In this document: one piece after another, positions 36,101 through 46,456 of the stretch
Layout of the letters: each line of letters starts with the position of its first letter
Position numbering within the stretch: the first letter of the stretch is position 1
Origin: Phoronis australis
Lineage: Eukaryota; Animalia; Phoronida
NCBI GenBank assembly: GCA_002633005.1
Contig: NMRA01000086.1
Span: forward strand, 408,817-472,816
DNA: 64,000 bases
Reading direction: 5' to 3'
Translations under genes and position numbers: made by a program
The notes under the pieces: model-generated
The model's database searches: none
Seen by the model: only the letters and a program-made list of their open reading frames with translations
Told to the model about the DNA's origin: nothing

Positions 36101-39100
36101 TTTGCTGGGAATCAACCTTCAGTATTGAATTTCAAGCACATTTTGCACTAAAAGCGTCTAGCCAAACGAGACAATTTCACACATGCTACTGCATAATGGC
36201 AAAATCTGCACTAGCAACCAGCTGTTGGGGTTTAATAATGAATTGTACTCTTCATCACCATCGTTTTTTCATATCGTACAAAATGAAACAATAGTTAAAT
36301 ATTATTCAAACAAATGACAAGGAGGTCACCAAAGACGGCAACCACATATGCAATATGAGGTATAATGCACCTAATTCTCAACACCAAATATCTCCTTTAA
36401 AAGCACGTGTCCTCCATCATGCCACATTTCTTATTTTCATATAATTTCACTGTCTTAATGTAATGGTGTTTCAGCTCGACGCAGTAGACATCATTCAGCA
36501 TTTGTCTAGCTATGTATCATTCTGGGAAACATAGGTCACGTGAAACTCCTCATAATGAGGGGTCATTAGTCGTTATCGTAAGATCGCCTACTATCATCAA
36601 AGTTGATTTTGTTGATTAAATATAAACATGTCTGTTGAAAAAATTTTGAACTTTCTGAAACCCGTAAAGACCTGTTTTTATTCCAAACAATTGAAATCCA
36701 ATCTAAAATGATAATAAAACACAAGGACTGAACAGTAACTTTAAAGGCGAACATATTGAAATTGCAAATGAATCTGAATTACCACACCCTTGTAAAAAGA
36801 AAAAATAGAAGACAATAAATGACTACCAAACATCTGCACTCCACATGGATTATTGAGAACTGCACCTTAACAAGGGCTACACCTGTCAACAGCTCATCAG
36901 TATATTTACATCTCAATAAACCCATCACATATCAGGCACAATTTCCTCAAGTAGCTCCATTGATGTTTATATTAACAGAAATGCATGGCATATCTGCAAT
37001 GGACTGAGGGACACCACTAAGCCAATCAGAACGAAACCAACTAAATGAAACCAGGCACGAAACATGCATAACCCACAATTTCTCTAACTGTAAAAAGGTA
37101 AGTAACCACGTCCCTAAATACTGTTCCGCCCTCCATGTAGCAATTTTTTCTCACACTTCCCTGTGCAGTGGTGAATAAAGATTTTTGAGAGCTGCTCGCA
37201 ACCAGGAACATAAAATAAGCTCTTCCCTAACCCCACTCCTGGGTCAACTCCTGGTCACCAACCAATTTTGGGGGTGGGTGTCATGCTTCCAGAACTTGAG
37301 ATATGTTAATTACCATCCCCTTCCCAATCACCAACAACATATTTTGGTGACAAAAGTACTGTATCAAGTTCTGAAGTAAATCTATTCACTACATTTCTAG
37401 TTTTGATTGTGCTGCGCCCATGCTTGGCTCTTTGGTGGCTTGCAAACTACTTTGAACTTATTTTAGGCTCAGTGTACCTAAAATCAAAAACTCGTTATAA
37501 TATTTGCAAACCTGTTCTAGCTTCTTCTTAAGAAATGTGACCTCCTTTGGGCTAGAGAAGGTCATGTCAAGACCTGGCGACAGAGCGTACACGAACGTAA
37601 CATTGTACTCCCTGGCAGCATCTATAAGACTGGTCAAGTGGTCAGCTTCCTCGACAGAGTACAGTTCCCTCCAAAATGACCGATGTTTTGAATCATCTTT
37701 AGGCGCATAGAGATATGTGTTCAAACCCATTTTATTCATCCTGAAAATGGAATTCCTCACTGATGAACTATTCATTAGTGTTTTTTTGTTCGGATGTTTA
37801 GTGATGACGTATCATCCACCATTATGACACTATATGGACTTACAAATAGAAATAGAAATACACAGTCACATCATACTTTGTATTTTTCCAATTCGGGTAA
37901 CCACAGGAGCAATTTGTAAAATACTACTGGTATTTGATTTACAAAGAAACGTGCAGTGTTCGCCTGTGGATACATTTTTGCATCAGTTGATACAATTTAG
38001 CTCAAGACTAAGCATATGGAGCTCAAGGGTGCATCACCTTGAATGCAATAATGAAAAGTTGCCAGAAATAAAACTTAAAAAATGAAAAACACCAGTTTCA
38101 CTCCTGCTTATCTCAGTATCCATATTGTTAAAGAAAAATGTACAACCAGACTCACCTCATTTTTCCAAAATACAGTGTACCGTATTTGCCGTAATAACAG
38201 CCCATGCCCCTATAAGCGCCCCCCCCCCCACGCGTTTTCAGACTTTGCTGAAATAAGCGCCCAGTCCATGCACGTGTACATGCGAACAATGACGTACCTA
38301 CAGTCCTAAAACTCGGCTACAGTAACGTCTTCAATTTATCAAAAAAGTTTTGCACTGGTCTTCTAGACCACCAGCGGCACTGCTACTTTTGTATTTAGCC
38401 GTGACTTTACACTTCAAAGTAACGCAGCACTTCAAAAAGAACGCAACAGCGTTGCTACGCTCTCGCGACGACCGTGTCCCACTATGGTCTGACCTTTCAG
38501 TAGACACATCGACTGTGTCTCATGAATAAAAATAACTCGGTGTTAAACGCAAGTGGCCAGGAAGCGCGTGCTACATACATGAACCTGTCATCAAAGACAT
38601 TAGTCAGGAACTATCCATTCATGAAACAGGTAGCATAGCATCGATAAGAAATGAATATTGGCACTAATTTCCGACAATTTCTAATACTATAAAATACGTT
38701 TGCGTTATTTTTGAGATGGATTGTTTGATTAACGATAATTGGTGTTTTTAAGCTGAATATCCGATAAAATGACAACTGACAGTGAATGCTTACACACCCT
38801 TACACCGAAAAATAACTGTTAGATAGTTATGTACGCATCCAGCTACACGGCGACTACTATGGGCCTTACCGAGACAAATGTCGAAAGTTTTTAGCACGAG
38901 ACCGGCAACACGCTCTGGTTTAGGCCTACTACTTGTGCAAATTTCTTTTAACACATCTAGCTAGATAGATGCAGTGGCTCTGGCCAAAAGACGGTCTCTG
39001 CTTTGGCAAATGAACTCTGGTGAAACGCACGCGCTCGCTTACTCGCGGACGAACTTCAAAACAAACGTCACGTGACAACAACATGTGTGTTCATCCAGAC

Positions 39101-41405
39101 ATTTTTCTCACCGTGTTGCCGATTATACATGTAGATGGAACGATGTTGCACAGATTTGTACTTAAACCTGCCGTTAATCCAGACTCCACGGGAACTTAAC
39201 AAATTTTTGATACGCTACTTATAAAACTTAATGAGGATTTCAGGTAATTTGCTTGAGTCGAAACCATTTTTATTCAAGCATTGATTTCGAGGGAGTCAGT
39301 CGGTGAGTTTTCGCCCTGGGATTTCAGACCAATTTTCTGTAAAATGATCGTAATTTCGCAGCAAAGTTAGATAGCAATGCACCAGTTTTGTTGAAAGCGT
39401 AAATTTGATGAATCTTAGTTTCCGATTTCACTTGTTTCGGAGACCGGGTTTCAACCGCCTTGGGTTATAATAAGCGNNNNNNNCCCCCCCCGAACCGAAC
39501 TTTTCTAAGCGCCCTGGGCGGTTATTACGGCGAATACGGTACGTCATTCTGTGCTAGTATAAGTCTGTGAACCCCAAGAAATGGAGCTCAAAAATTCTGG
39601 AAGGTGAGTAAACTTGATCCCAGTGTCTGTCAGTGTTGAACAGTAAAAGTTGTACACTAGGAATTAATTGTTAAACAACTCTGTTAATGACGTCGTATTT
39701 ACCTCTTAAATAATTCTTTCCGCTGCTCTGTTGACCATGGTCGTCCATAGAATCCTGCAACGAGAACAGTTCAATTATTCAGCTTTTCATCTTCAACTGC
39801 CTAGGAGTGCATTTAATATCACCATAGACTATAGTACATGGACCGCCAACTTGGTATACTTTCAATGGATGAAATCTAGGCTCTTTCGCACAACGTTACG
39901 TCATTATTCACTAGCAACACCTAGCCCAATTATCTGGTGATATTTCCGGCAAGTTAGTAGGTCGTCTGCTCACCTTGGTCGGCTGTTGTGTGGTCGACTG
40001 GTCGGGTGGTAGTAGCATTGCTAAAAGCACTCACAATACCAACAGTTCTACTATTTTACGCTTTTGAACGGCGCTTCAAAGTCAAAATTATTATTTTGTT
40101 TTTGTCATACTGGACAGTAAAATAGATGCGAGAATTTCCCATCACAATACATTAACCGGAAAATGAAGCAGATAATTTAGGAAAGTGGGGCTGGCTCTAG
40201 GATAGTACGGAAGAAAATGTTGGAATTGCAAATCTGTTGTTTATAATCTATGATATCATGAAAACAATGTCATTCCAATACAGGAAGTGGTCTTTGGTCC
40301 ACATTAGAATAAGGATAGCTGTCTAATCATTTCTCTCAGGATTCCTCGAGTTTGATTGTTTGAATTTAAGGGCTATGATTATTCACCATTCTGTTAAGAA
40401 ATGGAAGTTAAATGATCTCGAACTATCTTAACTCTGGGATCGTCCCAAGCTCCTGTCTTGCAGAAATTTTACCAAACAAAAAAAACAAATGCAGTGGAAG
40501 TCAAGTCAGGCAATGTGTGGATTCGAACTGGTGACCTGCAGGCTGCAGCTCACCAATGCAGGGCTCCATATAACAAGCTGCTGGAGACAGTGTAGCTCCT
40601 ACAGGGTTTCATACGCTTTTCAGCAAATTGTACTTCACACCGACTAAAACATCTAACTCGCGTTGCTATAAATACCTTATGCGCACAGAGGGACACCTTA
40701 CGAGGCTGTTGACATCTTTAATTCCTTCCAACTCAAAAAATACTCCTGACATCAAACTTTTTCTGTGAGCATTCCCTCGTTCAGTTTGCAAAATCAGTTA
40801 CGGGCCACTTTTGCACTGTGCACGCCAGGGGATATGACGTCATACCACCTGCTACGTACAGTGTTAAAAATGGCCAGTTACTGATTTTGGGAACTGAACA
40901 AAGGACTATTCGATGAAAAAGTTTGATAACTGGAGTATAATTGTTGGAGTTGGAAGGAATTAAAGACATTGATGACCTCTAAGCTAAGCCTTCTAAGGCT
41001 AAGATGTCCCTCTATGCACATAAGAGTCATAAGATATCTAGAACAACGTGACTTTGATATTTTAGTCGATGTGAGGCATAATTCGCCGAAAAGCTTCCAG
41101 CATATGAAGCGCCTATAGGGGCTAAACCTGGATGTGTGCAATTTCAGGGTCTGTGAAAGAAAAATACTGGTACCTGGTATTTTGACGATAGTCTTCATAC
41201 ACTTACAGGCTGGTTGGCTACGTCTCAGCTACTGCTAGGATTTTGAGAACTGCTTAACATTCTGAGTTATTATGGCCTAGATCAATTCTGTGCCCCGGAG
41301 CCATCACAAATAAACATCAACCACAAAATGCCTACCTTCAACAACACCACAGAAAAACTGTCGAGTTCGGTTATTATCGTTATCAATGCCTACTGACGTA
41401 GACAT
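23859..41405 (-). CDS. OGA: Protein O-GlcNAcase (GH84) gene, 13 coding exons, ~882 aa (spliced)
   Basis: Exons joined by hand: 41336-41405, 39703-39754, 37512-37740, 35502-35769, 34978-35259, 32652-33394, 31000-31174, 29329-29382, 28372-28457, 27622-27726, 25838-25929, 24554-24746, 23859-24158; total 2649 nt, all GT-AG, phases consistent. GH84 motifs [26 protein letters not shown], catalytic [43 protein letters not shown]; stalk [12 protein letters not shown]; C-terminal GNAT-like domain. Confidence 0.96.
24554..24746 (-). CDS. OGA: OGA exon 12 ([25 protein letters not shown]...)
   Basis: Within ORF 24527-24757; gccag acceptor, gtatgt donor. Confidence 0.93.
25838..25929 (-). CDS. OGA: OGA exon 11 ([30 protein letters not shown])
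   Basis: ttctgcag acceptor, gtgagt donor; missed by the ORF track. Confidence 0.9.
25971..27201. mobile_element. PIF/Harbinger-type non-autonomous element in OGA intron 10
   Basis: TIRs gggagcaatcacatattacatca / tgacgtaatatgttaatgctccc, TAA on both flanks, GGG..CCC termini. Confidence 0.8.
27622..27726 (-). CDS. OGA: OGA exon 10 ([12 protein letters not shown]...IRPYLPSDE)
   Basis: Within ORF 27589-27903; ttacag acceptor, gtaggc donor. Confidence 0.92.
28372..28457 (-). CDS. OGA: OGA exon 9 ([28 protein letters not shown])
   Basis: ttaacag acceptor, gtatgt donor; conserved GDQEPWxFRGGL motif; missed by the ORF track. Confidence 0.93.
29329..29382 (-). CDS. OGA: OGA putative 54-nt cassette exon 8 ([18 protein letters not shown])
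   Basis: Strong pyrimidine tract ttctctttccttgtctag, donor gtacga; phase 1-1, in frame, no stop; the gene also reads in frame without it. Confidence 0.6.
31000..31174 (-). CDS. OGA: OGA exon 7 (TVEWHDKA...[13 protein letters not shown]...KWL)
   Basis: Within ORF 30989-31225; tttcag acceptor, gtaggt donor. Confidence 0.93.
31246..32358 (+). mobile_element. 5'-truncated copy of the TA-TSD element at 38180-39539 (OGA intron 6)
   Basis: Colinear similarity to 38264-39539, including the right end gggtgcttattagggcgaacacgg|ta. Confidence 0.8.
32652..33394 (-). CDS. OGA: OGA exon 6 (low-complexity linker plus stalk start, [12 protein letters not shown])
   Basis: Within ORF 32616-33449; ttgtag acceptor gives the required phase 1; gtaagc donor. 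Confidence 0.9.
33460..34759. mobile_element. Non-autonomous DNA transposon in OGA intron 5
   Basis: Termini cagggcttggaat / attccaagcctag, flanked by atatat on both sides. Confidence 0.55.
34978..35259 (-). CDS. OGA: OGA exon 5 (GPKVISK...[10 protein letters not shown]...NPNCEF)
   Basis: Overlaps ORF 34970-35251; tttttag acceptor, gtgagt donor. Confidence 0.95.
35502..35769 (-). CDS. OGA: OGA exon 4 with catalytic Asp-Asp ([11 protein letters not shown])
   Basis: Within ORF 35491-35769; ttctcag acceptor, gtgagc donor. Confidence 0.95.
37512..37740 (-). CDS. OGA: OGA exon 3 ([16 protein letters not shown]...KLEQ)
   Basis: Within ORF 37458-37775; ttttcag acceptor, gtttgc donor. Confidence 0.95.
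38180..39539 (+). mobile_element. Tc1/mariner/pogo-type non-autonomous element with TA TSD (OGA intron 2)
   Basis: 25-bp TIRs ccgtatttgccgtaataacagccca / tgggcggttattacggcgaatacgg (2 mismatches), TA on both flanks. Confidence 0.88.
39703..39754 (-). CDS. OGA: OGA exon 2 ([18 protein letters not shown])
   Basis: ttgcag acceptor, gtaaat donor; conserved GFYGRPW motif; missed by the ORF track. Confidence 0.93.
41336..41405 (-). CDS. OGA: OGA coding exon 1 (MSTSVG...FCGVVEG)
   Basis: ATG at 41405 in acaaaATG context; donor G|GTAGG; FCGVVEG begins the GH84 domain. Confidence 0.9.
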
Positions 41406-41644
41406 TTTGTTCGTGTCCAAACTTCCTTGAAAACGTCGCTGTCGTTTCTCCCGATTACAGCACACTAATTTAGAGAAGGATTGTTTAAATGTAACTAATT
41501 TTGATTTTCTTGACTGGACTCCTAATCTGTGATTTTTACTAGTATTCCCACTCTTAGTAAACATGGAAATGCCTAGAAAGTTTAACACAGTCAAAATACA
41601 TTTCAGCACTCTGGGAATAACAGTCCCAAGTATCATTCAATTAT

Positions 41645-41700
41645 TTTTATTGGCTGAAAACTATCAATGACGTCAAAATGACCTCATTTTGACCAATAGT
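41645..41700 (-). promoter_or_regulatory. Putative OGA proximal promoter (CRE plus two CCAAT boxes)
   Basis: ATTGG at 41649, TGACGTCA at 41668-41675, CCAAT at 41693 and a palindrome gtcaaaatga-cc-tcattttgac (41672-41693), about 250-290 nt upstream of the ATG. Confidence 0.55.
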
Positions 41701-43724
41701 AATCCTTGTCTTGAATAATTTCGGTAAACACAAAAATCCAGTTCCAACTGGTTTTGATACCATTGCGCCGTCAAGCGGACGATTGCACAAATGCAGTAAT
41801 TTGGTTGTTCGCCAGTCACTCTGCCGGCGTCGCATTCTTCCGGGAATCGTATTCCGCACTCCTATCAAAAAAGGTTTGATGTTCACCCCTATTGTCCATT
41901 AGTTCTTGAAATGGTAGAGCAGACTTGAACTGAACAAACGCGGAAATGTTATACCGGCATCGGGCGTAGCTGAGCACTTTCAAAAGGCGTGACTTAATTC
42001 ATGACCCCGGCATCGGCCCCCGGCCTACTACAGTCGCCGTGCTCATTATATAGCCTATTTTACATTGATGTGACAGTGACAGTGTAGCATATGTATTTCG
42101 AACATTATAGAAGTGGCACAAATCAATTCGACTCCTATCGCCACCTGATGACTCAGTAAGTGTTTCCAGACTCGAGTGAATTCAGGCAACTTTGCCGGAA
42201 TTGCTCTGCAAAAGCTGTTCATTTTGCACTTTTCTCGACCTTTTGGAAATGCATGTTTGAATAATTGGTGCACGTTTTCAAGTGGGCTTAGACGTTCTGT
42301 ACTGCAAAAACGGGCCACCCTAACAACAGTGTCTGGCCATGGATCTCTAAATCGATCAGGGGCTGCTCATTCGCTGTTATTGAAATTGTATAGTTTGCCG
42401 GGGGCCGTGCCCTGATGGCATACTATATGGCAACCCTTTTCATGTTTTTTTTTCATTTATTTCCTTTTTAACAAGTCCCTGAAGGAAAGAGTCCCAATGA
42501 CAAAATAAATTGCTTTAATTTGCAATACAACTGATATTTTACAAAAAAGTAGCTGCATGTAAACCTGCATTCCGTCGAAAAATTCGTAATGTTTTAGAAC
42601 ATTTGCCACTAAATTCGTCTCAACTTATTTCCTTTCTCAGATACGAAGTGATATTGCTTTGCGTGAACTTGGAATTCACAAGGAAACTTGACAAGTTCAC
42701 TCAAATAATCGCGTTAACGCTGATAAAATTTTGCGCTGCCCAATATCAAATTACATTAACCAAACAATAGTTGATTCAACCATTCACATATTCCCCCGAT
42801 TCTTTGGCACAAGTTACAGTACGCTAAAGGAAAAAATGCCGGGTGATCGTTGGGCCGACAATTACAAAATTTCTTTACAGGGAACAAAAAATTTAATCTA
42901 ATGAATATTCAATTCCAAGTTCACGCATACGCGACCTTGATATTAAACAGGATTCGGCATTCACGCACAACAATATTAGTCTCGCAAAGAACTGACAATT
43001 AGTAATTGCTCGACTAGACCATGTCCAGCTAATATTAAATAACGCCGTGAAAAGCCAGTTTGTAGTCTAGAGACAGATCTCCAGCAATAACGAACTGTCA
43101 GTCGTTGCGAATTCCAAGTCCAGAAATCACTCCGGCATACTATTTTAACTGACAACAGTTTGAGACGAAGTTTCGTAACGGTAAGTGTATAACAGCCTTT
43201 TTAGACCGACGTGAAGTTAATAACCACTTCACAGAAGGTGACCTCAGTCTTGCAGGGTCACTCGATGATGGAATTAACGGTTATTCAGTTTTAATGACAT
43301 GGACATTCATAAAAGACCCACTTTTAGGAGGCGGCCCGGTAGGACCAATTGTCGCTATGCCCTCCTATAAATCCGGTAATGTTAAAATCTATTCACGCTG
43401 GAAGCAGATGAAATGTCAAATTAAATTGGTCAAGAAAACAAAGAACAGAGCATGATCGTGGGAACAGGTAAAGCATAGCAATAAGACATGCGGTCCAAAC
43501 AACCAAAAATGTGAGATTGCATAAAAAAACAATAGCAGTGACCGCCATCTAAAGGATGGAAGATTGAAAAATTGAAGTCAACATTTTGCAGTAAATTGCA
43601 AAAACACATTGAACGATCTTCACAGTTCATAGCCTTCTCAAACGTATACATTGAGCATAGCGCGTTGCTGACACTTAATATCTTTGCACTAGAGATTAGT
43701 TGGCTCATTTTATAGGGACTTTAA

Positions 43725-44152
43725 GTGCCACCCACACACAGATTTACCCTAAAACAAGTTACTCCTGGAATGAGTTGTCGCTTGGTTTGGAGGCTGTGTG
43801 GACGCTAAACTAGTGCAACTTACCCCACTTGTGACAACTTACAATGTACCTCACTTTATCGAGGTGGGGTAACTTATTCAAGGTAACTCAAGTTGAGCCT
43901 CTTGTAATCGCTGTGTGGTCGCAAAAGTGGGGTAGAGGGGAAGTAATTATCATCTGCGTTTACATACAAGCGGTGTTTCGCTTGCGCGCCATAGTGGCAT
44001 TAGGTGTAGTCATTGTCACGCACTGAGCGACAACTTCCGCCTTACTCTGGTTGTCGGACGTGTGTGTCGGAGGGACGTTCCACTTAGAAGTAGGGTAAGT
44101 TCCACTGGTGCAAGTTGTTTTCGGGTACCGGTAGGCTGTGTGTGGACGGGAC
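43725..44152. mobile_element. Small MITE, probably Harbinger-like
   Basis: Imperfect TIR gtgccacccacacacag / ctgtgtgtggacgggac plus internal inverted motifs (aacttacccc.act / agtagggtaagtt). Confidence 0.55.
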
Positions 44153-45258
44153 TCAAGGCATACACTCACGTGACCGCCACTTGCGACAGCGACTGTGTAA
44201 GTCTATAACCGGCTGAATAGTGCATGAGGTGGAACGAATATCGGCACTGTCGAATGTTTTGTTAACTGCTATGAACTCAAATCTTGTGGGGTGAAAGTGT
44301 TAACCAGCAAACTTCCATATCTTGCGTCGTGCCCTACTGTCGTTAAAACGACGACTTTGAACTTGACGGTATGAAAACGAGGATGTCCACCAATGCAGGC
44401 TCAAACTGTAGAAGTGCGTTGGTGGACGAAAGACTTTGCGCGAACGATTAAACCCGACTTCTCACCAGCCAGTTTAAAATTAAAGATTAACTCATTTTTA
44501 AAAGAAACCTACGCGTGTATGTGAATCGATCTTCTGGTATTTCGAAGTAGCTTTGTTTTGGGGGAGGTTAAAACTTCAATTTAAGAATATTGTAATTATT
44601 TGTAACATAGGTTGATGTCACCTTTCGTGGATTTTTTCAAAAGTGAAATTATTGTATAGGTGTCATCAACAAGTCTACAAAGTATCTCAGAGAAATATAA
44701 AAATTATTGAAGTACTGTGAAATTCAATTCAGCAGGATGAAAAGTGCAATATCACTGTGACTTTCGTTGTGTTCATGCTGTGCTGGCATCTGTCAGTCAA
44801 AAAAACTGAAAACTGTATTGGGATGAAAGAGTTTTTATTTCGTCTGTGTTTCAAAAACAGTGAATCTGACACTGCTAGAAATGTTTTGCAATACTCAAAG
44901 AAAATAACTCTCAAGTTAGCATCCCCAACAAGTAGTCTTGTCACGATCTGTTTAAAAGGTATTTTTACGAGTTTCGCGTGCCATGCCTCTTTAACGTAGC
45001 CGTGAACACTCATTATGCGTAACTTTATGATTGTGAGTTGTAGTTTTGTCGTCAATGTTGGTCCACTATCCAGCTAGACAGTTGTTGACTGCATCAACGA
45101 TGTTGGTCGGCCAGCGTCTTCATCGATGTGACAGTCGTCGAAACGTCGGTGTTCTTGATTGAATGTGTGCACTTTTAGTGTGGGGGGTGGATCAGATCCA
45201 ATTTCAAGAGTCAAATTCGGAACACGGCGCAATCGTAACGGAACTATGGCTAAGTATA

Positions 45259-46075
45259 CAGTGGCGGATCTAGGATATCACAAGGGGTTCCCAACATTTT
45301 CGTCTGGCTGTAAGCATTTGCGCAAACCACGATTGTAGATGCGCATAGCACCGGATGGGGGGAGTTCGGGAGGGGGGTTTGCACAGGAAATTTTTCTGTT
45401 TTCCCTCTAAAAATCAAGCATTTTCCTTGATTCCTGAAGTATTATCCAAGAAAATAAAAAAACACGGAGAACGCAAACCACGATTGTAGATGCGCATAGC
45501 ACCGGATGGGGGGAGTTCGGGAGGGGAGTTTGCACAGGAAATTTTTCTGTTTTTTCCTCTAAAAATCAAGCATTTTCCTTGATTCCTGAAGTATTATCCA
45601 AGAAAATAAAAAAACACGGAGAACGTGTCCAACAGGAAAAACTGCATTTACCTCAGACCCGAACCCACGACCTTGAGGAGTGAGCGCGCGTGCTTTACCA
45701 CTACACCACCACGATTTAACTTGTAATTAGGTTCAAAGAGACCTACTTGTTTATGGTCCACAGCGTTTGCGCGCGAAACCTACTTCTTTTTGTAATGCTT
45801 ATTACACGTTTTATATTTTGTGCAATCGGTTGGTAACAAATTTGTTGTATTTAAAATAGTCTTCAATTGCCCAAAAGACCAAATCCGTTTTTCGTGTTGG
45901 TAATAATGACGCGATTGCTTTGGAAATCGTCTTAAGTTAAGGTTTGACAAAGAAAGTATTGCGAGTTTCTGAGTGATTCACTAAGGCTTCGATTAAAATT
46001 GACATCTTACCAGCAGTTTCTGTTTTTTCATCGTCACAAAGATTCTATTTTCGTTAAAAATGAAGTAATTTCCTT
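45259..46075 (+). mobile_element. Longer member of the 5-bp-TSD family (partial), with a 151-bp internal tandem duplication and a tRNA-like segment
   Basis: Starts cagtggcggatctaggatatcac; reverse-complement homolog at ~54485-55121; duplication 45321-45471 / 45472-45623. Confidence 0.8.
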
Positions 46076-46219
46076 TTAAGAACTGCCCACATTTACAGAA
46101 GGGCCGTTCATACTTCGAAAACAAGTTTTGAGAGAAGATTCATAATCATTTGTTTTAAAATTGCGTAACAAAATACCAGGCAAATCTCATTAGACGCAAT
46201 CGCGCACTTGCAATAAATT

Positions 46220-46456
46220 GAACGTTTTCGACCGTCAATGGCTGCGGTCATCCTCAGGATGATGGTTTGGTGGACGTGCAGTCACGTGATCAAGTTCCCA
46301 CTTGGGCCTCGTAATACAATGTCATCTATGTCAGAAGGCGTCATAAATGTTAGAAACAGGGTAGTAACCAACGTCACGGTTCATGACCCTGTCGTCTACT
46401 TTCCTAATAAAGGAGTGTTTTCTTTCCGGTATCACGGCCAAGAATAATGGCATTAT
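46220..46456 (-). mobile_element. Penelope-like element 3' remnant (GIY-YIG C-terminus plus hammerhead motif)
   Basis: Minus strand NAIILGRDTGKKT / FIRKVDDRVMNRDVGYYPVSNIYDAF (Penelope-type MNRDxG...SxxYD), followed by CTGAGGA-t-GACCG..CGGTC-GAAA. Confidence 0.7.

Noticed and set aside
18571-40590. tRNA genes suggested by reverse B-box or A-box-like strings at ~18571-18632, ~21367-21430 and ~40519-40590
   Set aside because: No cloverleaf or anticodon arm can be folded; at most decayed SINE heads.
41406-41636. 77-codon in-frame N-terminal extension of OGA in ORF 41304-41636
   Set aside because: No OGA-like sequence, weak upstream start contexts and promoter motifs immediately adjacent; more likely 5' UTR. 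Not fully excluded without TSS data.
45085-45150. Possible third hammerhead (cgtcttcatcg...gtcgaaacgtcgg)
   Set aside because: The core halves lie on opposite strands and no consistent stem II or CUGANGA can be built.
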